NCBI GenBank assembly: GCA_016717225.1
Contig: JADKGB010000013.1
Coordinates: forward strand, 34,144 to 98,143
DNA: 64,000 bases
Reading direction: 5' to 3'
DNA from: Flavobacteriales bacterium
GTDB lineage: Bacteria; Bacteroidota; Bacteroidia; Flavobacteriales_F; PHOS-HE28
Below the pieces are notes generated by a model. The model did not search any database. It was given only the letters and a program-made list of their open reading frames with translations, and had not been told where the DNA came from. Position 1 is the stretch's first letter, and every line of letters begins with the position of its first letter. A program made the position numbers and the translations under genes. Shown here piece after piece: positions 10,304 to 18,707 of the stretch.

Positions 10304-11109
10304 GCACCGGCATTCTTGCTCGCTCGTAAGGCATACACCATCGGTAGTTTGGCTTCCATGCCCTTGATCATGAACTGGCCATCGGCAGTGGCAACAGTAT
10401 TCTGAAAGCAGTCGTAGGGCGAACGGTCGTATTCGCGGAAGACATCCAGGCGAAGGCCTGCGATGATAAGTGCTTGCACCACATCTGCCAGGGAATGGTT
10501 CCATGCGAACGATGGCAGTTGTAATGGGGCGTTCCGAACGGCGTAGGTCCCGGACTCGTTCTCCTCGATCACTTCGCGATTGAAATAGGAGTATTGTACC
10601 CGTGAGAAGTCGTTGCTGTACATCCAGAGAGCCGGATGGAATTCAGCGAAGACCAATCGCCCACCAGGCTTCAAGTATGCTGCGATGTTCGCCGCCCAAG
10701 CGCTCAACTCGGGGAGCCAGCCAATGGTGCCGTATGTGGTAAAGACCACATCAAACCTTCCTTCGAGTTCTGTACGTCGGTCCAACACATTGCCCTCGAT
10801 GAATTCAGCACGAATGCCACAGCGATCGCTCAATTCTCGCGCTTTCGCAACAGCTTGGTCCGATAGGTCCAGTCCGGTGACGTGGGCGCCCAACCGTGCG
10901 AGTGAAAGTGTGTCCTGGCCGAAGTGGCATTGCAGATGCAACAGGTCTTGCCGGTTCACATCGCCCAAGAGATCCAACTCTATCCGGTTCAGCGTGCTTT
11001 TGCCATTCACGAAGGCCTCCACATCGTAGAACTGGGACGCATAGTGAAGCTCGGTGCGAGCATTCCACAGGGCTCGGTTCGCTTCGAAATGTGCGCGATG
11101 ATCATCCAT
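10300..11109 (-). CDS. class I SAM-dependent methyltransferase
   Basis: Assigned from general resemblance to class I SAM-dependent methyltransferases (no motif traced). Start MDDHRAHFE overlaps the upstream gene's stop (ATGA). Confidence 0.8.
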   Translation of the reverse strand: MDDHRAHFEANRALWNARTELHYASQFYDVEAFVNGKSTLNRIELDLLGDVNRQDLLHLQCHFGQDTLSLARLGAHVTGLDLSDQAVAKARELSDRCGIRAEFIEGNVLDRRTELEGRFDVVFTTYGTIGWLPELSAWAANIAAYLKPGGRLVFAEFHPALWMYSNDFSRVQYSYFNREVIEENESGTYAVRNAPLQLPSFAWNHSLADVVQALIIAGLRLDVFREYDRSPYDCFQNTVATADGQFMIKGMEAKLPMVYALRASKNAGA

Positions 11110-11786
11110 TACTTCGCAAGTGGGACCTGCTTTTCCTGTACGGGTTGAAAGGTCCCATCCTTCATGCCCCAGATCACCCAACGTTCGTGATCGCCTTCAG
11201 TGAATTTCTCCATGTTGCTCACCATCGTGAGCACGCCTTTCTCGTATTTGTAGGTGCTTCCACCGCGATGTCCTGGGCCTGCGTACCACTGAGAGCTCAC
11301 CATTTGCCGATCATGGTCGAACATGGGTTGCTGGATGCTATCGAGCATGCGCGACGATGTGAATTGGTTCGTTGCGGCATCCCACAACCAATAGCGGTGC
11401 TCGGCGTTCGTAAGGTCCGCCGCTGCTTCCATGATGCTGATGTCCTTGCTGCCGTTGAAGTCGTAGTCCAGCAGTTGCACCGCAGGGAATTGGCCATCAG
11501 GCATCGGGCAAGGGCAGGTCATGTTCTCGATCGCCAACCGTTGGAACGGTTCCTTGGCTCCTTTGGCACTTACCGAGATCGCATCAACGGAGCATTGCAC
11601 ACCCATGCTCATATGCATGTGTGTGCTCACGAGGAAGCGGATGTCCCGAAGGCTGTCGGTGAACAGGTAGCTTTCTTGTTTTGGTTTCTGTTCCGCAGCT
11701 GCAGCAGATGGGATATCCGCAGCCGCTTGTGGCACTGAGCTTCCTATGCACGCGAACAGGAGCAGAACCGGAAATAGACGGAGCAT
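11109..11786 (-). CDS. hypothetical exported protein
   Basis: Signal peptide MLRLFPVLLLFACIGSSVPQAAA. Translationally coupled to the downstream methyltransferase. No family recognised. Confidence 0.6.
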   Translation of the reverse strand: MLRLFPVLLLFACIGSSVPQAAADIPSAAAAEQKPKQESYLFTDSLRDIRFLVSTHMHMSMGVQCSVDAISVSAKGAKEPFQRLAIENMTCPCPMPDGQFPAVQLLDYDFNGSKDISIMEAAADLTNAEHRYWLWDAATNQFTSSRMLDSIQQPMFDHDRQMVSSQWYAGPGHRGGSTYKYEKGVLTMVSNMEKFTEGDHERWVIWGMKDGTFQPVQEKQVPLAK

Positions 11787-11810
11787 CGGAGCGATCGTTT
11801 GAGTTGCAAA

Positions 11811-11843
11811 AGAAGCAGGGCTTCCAATTGGAAGCCCTGCTTT
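11811..11843. terminator. hairpin terminator downstream of the lolA-like gene (minus strand)
   Basis: Perfect 13 bp stem aagcagggcttcc-aatt-ggaagccctgctt. On the minus strand it is followed by CTTTTGC. Confidence 0.5.
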
Positions 11844-11862
11844 CGGTCAATTTCGGGAAGGA

Positions 11863-12511
11863 TCAGCGTACATCGTTGATCTCTACTCCGGGGAACTTGG
11901 CCTTGTCGAACGTGAACACACTCTCGTACAGGTCCACGTTGGGGCTGAATTTCTTGAGCATGTATGTCACTTCGTTGCCCTCTTTGTAAAGCACCTTCAC
12001 CAGCTTGGGTTCCATTTTCGCTTTGTCCACGGATAGGATCACGGTGTGATAGGGCTTCTTACCAGGTTCCAGAGGGAACAACTTGAGCACTTGCACAACA
12101 GTGCCGTCGGCTTCCTTTTTCTTCAACGAACGTGCTTTTGAATCCCTGCTCATAAATGCTGAAGATCTTTGTGGGGTCCAGTTCCTTGTCCATATCCGCT
12201 GGGTCGCTGATGGTTACCTCGTTGCTCTTCTTGCTGTAAGTCCAAATGGCCTTGCCGTCGTTCACAACGGTGTTGTCCGTAAGCGTGAGGCGGAAGAGTT
12301 TGCCTTTCACTTTCACGTTACCGTCCTGCTTCACGTTCAATTTGCCCGCGGTGTTGATCAGCGTGCTGCTGAAATCGGCTTCGAAACTGGTGTACGCGCG
12401 ACTCTTCGCGATCAACTTGTCGATGATGGCTTTGCTCTTGGGGTCGTCCTGTGCACGAACAGTGGCGGTTCCGAGTATCAATAGAGCGAGGATGAGAAGG
12501 GTCTTCTTCAT
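11863..12511 (-). pseudogene. lolA: LolA-like outer-membrane lipoprotein carrier protein, frameshifted at ~12118 (A/T homopolymer)
   Basis: MKKTLLILALLILGTATVRAQ ... KIFSIYEQGFKSTFVEE in one frame. KEADGTVVQVLKLFPLEPGKKPYHTVILSVDKAKMEPKLVKVLYKEGNEVTYMLKKFSPNVDLYESVFTFDKAKFPGVEINDVR in the other. The two frames meet at gaagaaaaagg. Confidence 0.7.
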
Positions 12512-12615
12512 GTGGGCGAAATTAGCCGACCGCTGATGGCAAGGGTTGTGCCGAATTGTACCAGGGCTTGAAAAGGTTGACCGGAGAAGTGGTTCAGGCC
12601 CTGCGGACTTTGTCT

Positions 12616-13152
12616 TCAGGCCTTGGTCCGTTTCTTCGGAGCGGCCTTGGAAGTGGATCTCGCGGCCGCTTTCTTCACCGGCTTCGGCTTCTTCCACGTC
12701 AACATGGTGCCTTTGCATTTGGGGGAACCGCACTTGCATTCCCACGCTTTCAATTCCGCGGCTGTGGGTGGCTCGCTCAACACGATACCGTAGTCGTAGA
12801 TGATCTCTTCACCGGTCTTGATGTTCCGCTTGGCTTCGATGATCACTTTGTCTTTCGTGCGGTCTTTGCCTTTGGCTGTATGCACAAAAGCCACACCGTT
12901 CGGTTCGCATCCGGTGTTGATCCAGCGCGCATCGTTGCCATCCCGGTTGGCATCGATGACCCACTGCTTGTTCAGGATGAAAATGAACGTATGTCCGCTC
13001 TCGATATCGGAACTGTACCGCTCATCGGCCTCGGCATGCGTGATCAGCTTGCCTTTGTATTCCATGATATCCTCGCCTTTCTTGATATCCTCGAGGGCGA
13101 AGACGCCGTTACCGTGGATCTTCGATCGGCGCATTACTACTTTGTTCTTCAT
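12616..13152 (-). CDS. SET domain-containing protein (putative protein-lysine N-methyltransferase) with post-SET Cys cluster and Lys-rich C-terminal tail
   Basis: IHGNGVFALEDIKKGEDIMEYKG, then RWINTGCEPNG (the NHSCxPN-like motif), then GEEIIYDYG (the ELxxDY-like motif), then post-SET CKCGSPKCKG. Tail KKPKPVKKAAARSTSKAAPKKRTKA. ATG confirmed at 13152. Confidence 0.8.
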   Translation of the reverse strand: MKNKVVMRRSKIHGNGVFALEDIKKGEDIMEYKGKLITHAEADERYSSDIESGHTFIFILNKQWVIDANRDGNDARWINTGCEPNGVAFVHTAKGKDRTKDKVIIEAKRNIKTGEEIIYDYGIVLSEPPTAAELKAWECKCGSPKCKGTMLTWKKPKPVKKAAARSTSKAAPKKRTKA

Positions 13153-13261
13153 GGGCTGGTTTGGGGCCGCGAAGTTGCATGAATGGAACCATAGATGCAC
13201 GCGGATGCACACAAGTAATCCACGACCATGAACATTCTTTTGCGGCGAGGAAAAGCGGCGC

Positions 13262-14687
13262 TCAGAAATACGCCGTACACACGATCACCGCGGTGATCAC
13301 ACAGATCAGGTCCACCAGTAACATTACCCCTAGCGTGTAACGGCTGTTCTTCACGTTCACACTTCCGAAGTAGAGCGCGACCACATAGAACGTTGTTTCT
13401 GCCGCGCCTTGGAAGAGGCACGAGAGCTGCCCGGTGAGGCTGTCCGGGCCATAGGTCTTCATCGCATCCAACATGAAGCCGCGTGATCCTCCTGCGCTGA
13501 ACGGGCGCATAAGCGCGACCGGTATGGCATCGATCACTTGCTTGTCCACGCCTACCAGTCCCATCGTCCACGAAATGCCGTCCATTACAATGGTCATCAA
13601 TCCGCTGTTGCGGAAAATGCTGAGCGCCGCAAGCATCGCGATCATGTAAGGCAGCACCCGAAGGCCCGTGGTGAAGCCATCCTTCGCGCCGTGGATGAAC
13701 GAGTCGAACATGTTGGTGCCTTTCTCCGTGAAGTATTTCTCGAAGAGGAACGCATAGCCCACGATCATTGCGATGATCGCCAGCAGCATGCCATTGCTCA
13801 GGTTATCGGTGAAGTGGAATTTCTGAACACCTGTGAGCTGCGTGATGTAGGTCATCAACCCGCCAATGATGCCGCTGATCAACAACACGAACAACATCAC
13901 CGGTAGGTTGAACAGGTTGATCCGCTGGCGAAAGCCCACGATGAACAGCGCCGCTAACGTGCCTACGAACGACGTGACGCATCGGGATCATGATGTCCGC
14001 TGGATTCGCAGCGCCCTGTGCAGCACGATAGCCGATGATGCTCGTGGGCAGCAGCGTGAGCCCGGCTGCATGCAAGCACAGGAACATGATCTGGCTGTTC
14101 GATGCTTTGTCTTTCGTGGCGTTGCTCTCTTGCATGCTCTCCATCGCCTTCAAGCCGAACGGAGTGGCTGCGCTGTCCAGACCAAGGAAGTTCGCCGCGA
14201 AATTCAACGTCATGAAACCGTAGGCCGGGTGCTCATGAGGCAGATCAGGAAAGATCCGGCGGAAGACAGGGGAGAGGAAGCGCGCGAGTTTTTCCATGGC
14301 GCGTGAGTCTACCAAGAGGTTCAACAGGCCGCAGAAGAACGTGAGGTAGCCGATCAACGGTAGCCACAGATCGGTGATCGTGCCGCGACAGGTCTGGAAC
14401 AGCCCGTCGGCCGGTTGTTTGCCGATGTTCGCACTTAGTACGCCGCCCTTGCTCAACTTGAAAAGCGTATCGCCGCGTTGAACACCATTCTCCCCAGCAT
14501 TGCGCAATTCGATGAGGAAGGCTGTGCTGGCGATCGTCATCGTATCGCGCTCCGCCACCACCAGGGCGTCGCCCTGCTTGCCGTTCACCATGCTGCCCAA
14601 GGTGTACTGCCGTCCAGTGAACAACATCACCAGGATGTAGCCGATGCTGAGAAGAAGTATGAAGGTCCAGAAACGGCTGAGGGCCAT
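13262..14687 (-). pseudogene. nucleoside-recognition (Gate) domain membrane protein, SpmA/SpmB-like fusion, apparent frameshift at ~13985
   Basis: The SpmA-like N-terminal half (MALSRFWTFILLLSIGYILVMLF...) and SpmB-like C-terminal half (..FIVGFRQRINLFNLPVMLFVLLISGIIGG...) are in different frames. The junction is near ..NPADIMIP. Confidence 0.65.
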
Positions 14688-14733
14688 GTGTTGTTCGGTG
14701 GTTGGACAAAGCAGCAATGGAATGCGATCCATT

Positions 14734-14810
14734 CGTGCTCCATCCCCACTCGTGGCGAACAAACCGATGTGAAAGAGATGTCAGTGATGCGTCGGCGAGT
14801 GCGATCTTGG
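14734..14810 (+). repeat. copy 1 of an ~77 bp direct repeat (91% identical to copy 2 at 16784..16860)
   Basis: cgtgctccatccccactcgtggcgaacaaaccgatgtgaaagagatgtcagtgatgcgtcggcgagtgcgatcttgg. Ends 30 bp upstream of the hydrolase ATG. Confidence 0.85.
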
Positions 14811-14841
14811 CGCCCCAAGCATCCCCACAGATCCCCGCAAC

Positions 14842-16670
14842 ATGCCCCTAATGAAGAATGCGCTCTCCTGTTTCCTGATGATCGCATTGTTTGGTTCCTG
14901 TTCCGATCCCGGGCCGGCGGTGGTGGCGAAAGACCCCATCCACGAAGTGGAAACCGGCCTTTGTTATCCCAACTACCTGGTAGGCGACTCCACTTGGACC
15001 ATTGAGGAGCGCATGGCGCATTACGGTGTGCCCGGCATGAGTATCGCGGTGATCAAGGACAACAAGATCGCATGGATCAAGAGTTACGGTGTTGTGGACA
15101 AGGAGACCAAAGAGCCCGTTACGGACGCCACGCTCTTTCAGGCGGATCCATCAGCAAGCCGGTTTCCACATATGGCGCGTTGAAGCTGGCAGAGCTGGGC
15201 CTGATCGCATTGGATGCTGATGTGAACACGCAATTGCATTCGTGGAAACTGCCGGAGAATGAGTTCACGCAGAAGCAGAAAGTAACCCCGAAGTTGTTGC
15301 TTGGCCATATGGCAGGCACCACTGTGCACGGCTTTCTCGGCTACAGCCCCGACCTGCCCGTGCCCTCGCTTGTGCAGGTTCTGAGCGGTGAAGCTCCTGC
15401 AAATTCGCCACCCATCGTTGTGGACAAGCTGCCAGGCGAGAGTTTCCGCTATTCCGGCGGCGGTTACTGCATCATCCAGCAATTGATGATCGATGCCAAG
15501 GGCGCGACTTTTCCCAGCATCATGGATGAATTGGTGCTGCGCCCGTTGGGAATGACCAAGAGCACATACGATCAACCCCTCACCGGTGAACACCTGAAAA
15601 TGGCCGCCACAGGCTACGTGCCCGATGGATCCATGACCAAAGGGAAGCGACATACGTATCCCGAAATGGCTGCGGCAGGATTGTGGACTACGGCCGAGGA
15701 CCTCGCGCGCTATGTGATCGACGTTCAGCGTTCGTACAGCAGCGACAGTGGCGCTGTGATCTCCAAGGCTTCGGCCGCGATGATGCTGTCGCCGTACATG
15801 GAACCCTTTGCAGGCGTGGGCATGTTCCTGCGGATGAACCAAGGTGAAACTTCTTTCGGACACGGAGGTTGGGATGAAGGTTTCTCGAGCGAATGCGTCG
15901 CATACCGCGACAAGGGCTACGGTGTGGTGGTCCTTACCAATGCCAACCAGCCGGACTTCATCAGTGAGGTGATCCGTTCCGTAGCGCGGGCTTATGCCTG
16001 GAAGGGATATGTACCCACGTACACGAAACTGGAAATGGATCCCGCAGCGCTTGGAAGGGTAAGTGGGCGCTACCGCCTTTCAGGAAACTCCTTGACGACC
16101 ATTTCACATTCAGGTGGCCGCTTGTTCCAGCAGGCCATGGGCGAGGAGCCGGTTGAAATGTTCCGGATATCGGATTCCACCTACATCAGTCGGGACGGCG
16201 ACTTCCCTATCCAGTTCAAGGGATCACCAGCAGATAGCACGATGATCATGGTGAGTTGGGATACCGAAAAATGGACTGCCGCGTCAAGCTACCCAAGGTT
16301 GCAGGAAAATGACCGCCTGCCGATCGAGATGGTCCTCTCCGGTGATGTGGAAGGGGCCCTCATCGCTTACCGAACACGCTTGGTTGCGGATCCCAAGGAT
16401 CAGTCCATTTCCGAACAAGCGATCAACGATCTGGGCTACCAATTCCTCGGCAATGCAAAGATCGTGATGGCCAGGGATCTGTTCAACTTGAACAGGCAGC
16501 TATATCCCCAAAGTGCCAATACGAACGACAGTTACGCCGAAGCCTGCCTGAAGAACGGAGAAAAGGATCTGGCGCTGACCTATTACAAAAAAGCCGTTGC
16601 CATGGACCCCACCAACAGCAACGCGGCGAGGGTGATCAAGGAACTGGAGGGGAAGGAGGCTAATAAGTAG
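14842..16670 (+). pseudogene. serine hydrolase of the beta-lactamase (class C/PBP-like) family with C-terminal TPR-like region, frameshifted at ~15145
   Basis: MPLMKNALSCFLMIALFGSCS lipoprotein signal. ...YGVPGMSIAVIKDNKIAWIKSYGVVDKETKEPVTDATLFQA, then in the other frame GSISKPVSTYGALKL (the S-x-x-K active-site motif). The frames rejoin if gcgga is gcggga (a one-G deletion). Confidence 0.75.
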
Positions 16671-16783
16671 CATTCCATCCCGAACGTTCCAGATAGGGAA
16701 TGACCGCTATGGGACTCGAGCATCGTTGTCTGACCACAACCAAGTTCACACGCTGCGGACCTTTCTTGTTTTGAGTAGCTGCC

Positions 16784-16860
16784 CGTATTCCATTCCCACT
16801 CGTGGCGAACAAACCAATGTGAAAGGGATGTCAGTGATGCGTCGGCGTGAGCGATCTTGG
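16784..16860 (+). repeat. copy 2 of the ~77 bp direct repeat
   Basis: cgtattccattcccactcgtggcgaacaaaccaatgtgaaagggatgtcagtgatgcgtcggcgtgagcgatcttgg. Lies in a 900 bp non-coding region upstream of the RND efflux operon. Confidence 0.85.
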
Positions 16861-17577
16861 AGTTCCCGATTCAGCCGAACTCAACGGCGGGGTCCAGCGT
16901 TGAACGATCGCGCGAAAATGAAAAAATGTGAAACCGGGATCATGCCCCGGAACAACCTGATAAGTTCGCCGCCGATTTAGAAAGATGCTCCATCCCGCGC
17001 CCAACAGAATATTGCATGTCATCGTAGCATGTGCGTTCTGGTTCGGATTACAGATGTGCTTTCCGCAGGTGCTTCATGCAGCGGATCTCCCTGGTACGTT
17101 GGAAGAGATCAGCTGTCGCTCCATGGACCCGGAAGATCAGAATGGGAACCCGTGTCTGGGCTTCGGGCATGACATCTGCCTTCCACAGGGACTAACGATC
17201 TGCGCATCTGTGTTGGTGAACGCGCCCTGCCGGTCCTTGGAAACCGCTCATGGCCGTGGAAGCTTGTCGCTTCTTGCTTTAGAGGGTATCCAGCCCTCAG
17301 CCCCTTGATCCGACCAGTCCCGGTCCGCTGACCGGATATGCGGCCTCGTTTCCAGAGCGGCCGTTCCCTGTGAACACAGGCTTTCCGTTTACCGCGTCTT
17401 TCATTCTTGGTGGCGACCGACCCAATGGGCATGGGGCCTCCGCTTCCCGATCACCGATCCATTCTTGGTATGTTCAACAGCAGTCCTTCCATCGATCTGA
17501 AGTCTTCCCCGAAACAGGACCATCCACAACACCGGACGCTCCGGAGCGTTGAGGGAAATGGCCGCCGACAACTGGCC

Positions 17578-18684
17578 ATGGACCTCCCGCGTTCGCGTTG
17601 GCCCGCGTGGTCGCTCCTTGTAAGTCTGTGCCTTACGTTGTTGCTTGTCGGATGTGGTGCGCATGAGGAAGCCGTAGAAGTGGAGGACCCGAAGTATCCG
17701 GTCACCAGCCCGTTGCTCGCAGATACCATCGTTCAAAGCGACTACGTGTGCCAGATCCACTCTGTACAACACATCGAGTTGCGAGCGCTGGAGAAGGGCT
17801 ACCTGCAGGACATGCTGGTGGATGAAGGGCAGAAGGTATCGGAGGGACAGCTCCTGTTCCGGATCCGGCCAGTGCTTTATCAGGCCGAAGTGCAAAGGGC
17901 GCAGGCTGAGGCCGAGTTCGCGGAGATCGAGTACCGCAACACCAAGACCTTGGCGGACAGCAATGTGGTATCTCCCAACGAACTGGCGATGGCGCAGGCG
18001 CGCTACAACAAGGCCAAGGCTGAATTGGCCGCGGCCCAGGCTCACCTGGGATTCACCGAGATCCATGCACCGTTCAACGGCATCATCGGCAGATTCCATG
18101 TGCGGAAGGGTTCTTTGTTGGATGAGGGCGAACTGCTGACGGAGCTTTCGGACAACAGTTCCATGTGGGTCTACTTCAACGTGCCTGAAGCCGAATACCT
18201 GGAGTACAAGAAAAGATCCCTTGGCGGAAATGGTACCAAGGTGAAGTTGAAGATGGCCAATGGCCAGCAATTCGACCAGCAAGGCGAGATCACCGCCATC
18301 GAATCCGATTTCAACAACACCACGGGCAACATCGCGTTCCGCGCCACATTCCTCAACCCGCAAGGATTGCTGAGGCATGGGGAGACCGGCAACATCCTGA
18401 TGGACTCGGAGCTGAAAGGTGTACTGCTCGTACCACAGAAGGCCACCTTCGAGGTGCTCGATCACCGGTACGTTTATGTGGTCGGTAAGGACAGCGTACT
18501 GCACACGACACGCGTGGAGATCGGCCCTGAACTGCAGCACCTGTTCGTGGTGAACAGCGGGTTGAAGCAGGACGATCGGTTCCTGTTGGAAGGCCTCCGC
18601 AAGGTGAAGGACAAGGACAAGGTGGACTTCGAGTTCACCCCGCCCGATTCGGTGATGACGCATCTGGACCTGTACGCCGAGTGA
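17578..18684 (+). CDS. efflux RND transporter periplasmic adaptor subunit (membrane fusion protein)
   Basis: Lipoprotein signal ..LLLVGCG. Coiled-coil and beta-barrel regions typical of the HlyD/AcrA family. ATG at 17578. Confidence 0.9.
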   Translation: MDLPRSRWPAWSLLVSLCLTLLLVGCGAHEEAVEVEDPKYPVTSPLLADTIVQSDYVCQIHSVQHIELRALEKGYLQDMLVDEGQKVSEGQLLFRIRPVLYQAEVQRAQAEAEFAEIEYRNTKTLADSNVVSPNELAMAQARYNKAKAELAAAQAHLGFTEIHAPFNGIIGRFHVRKGSLLDEGELLTELSDNSSMWVYFNVPEAEYLEYKKRSLGGNGTKVKLKMANGQQFDQQGEITAIESDFNNTTGNIAFRATFLNPQGLLRHGETGNILMDSELKGVLLVPQKATFEVLDHRYVYVVGKDSVLHTTRVEIGPELQHLFVVNSGLKQDDRFLLEGLRKVKDKDKVDFEFTPPDSVMTHLDLYAE

Positions 18685-18707
18685 TCGGACGGCTTAACAC
18701 CTGAGAC

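Noticed and set aside
15138-15863. 241 aa minus-strand ORF inside the beta-lactamase-family gene
   Set aside because: Antisense shadow ORF. The plus strand carries the SxxK hydrolase motifs.
16985-17308. 107 aa ORF in the efflux-operon leader
   Set aside because: Cys/Pro-rich with no start context or homology. More likely non-coding.
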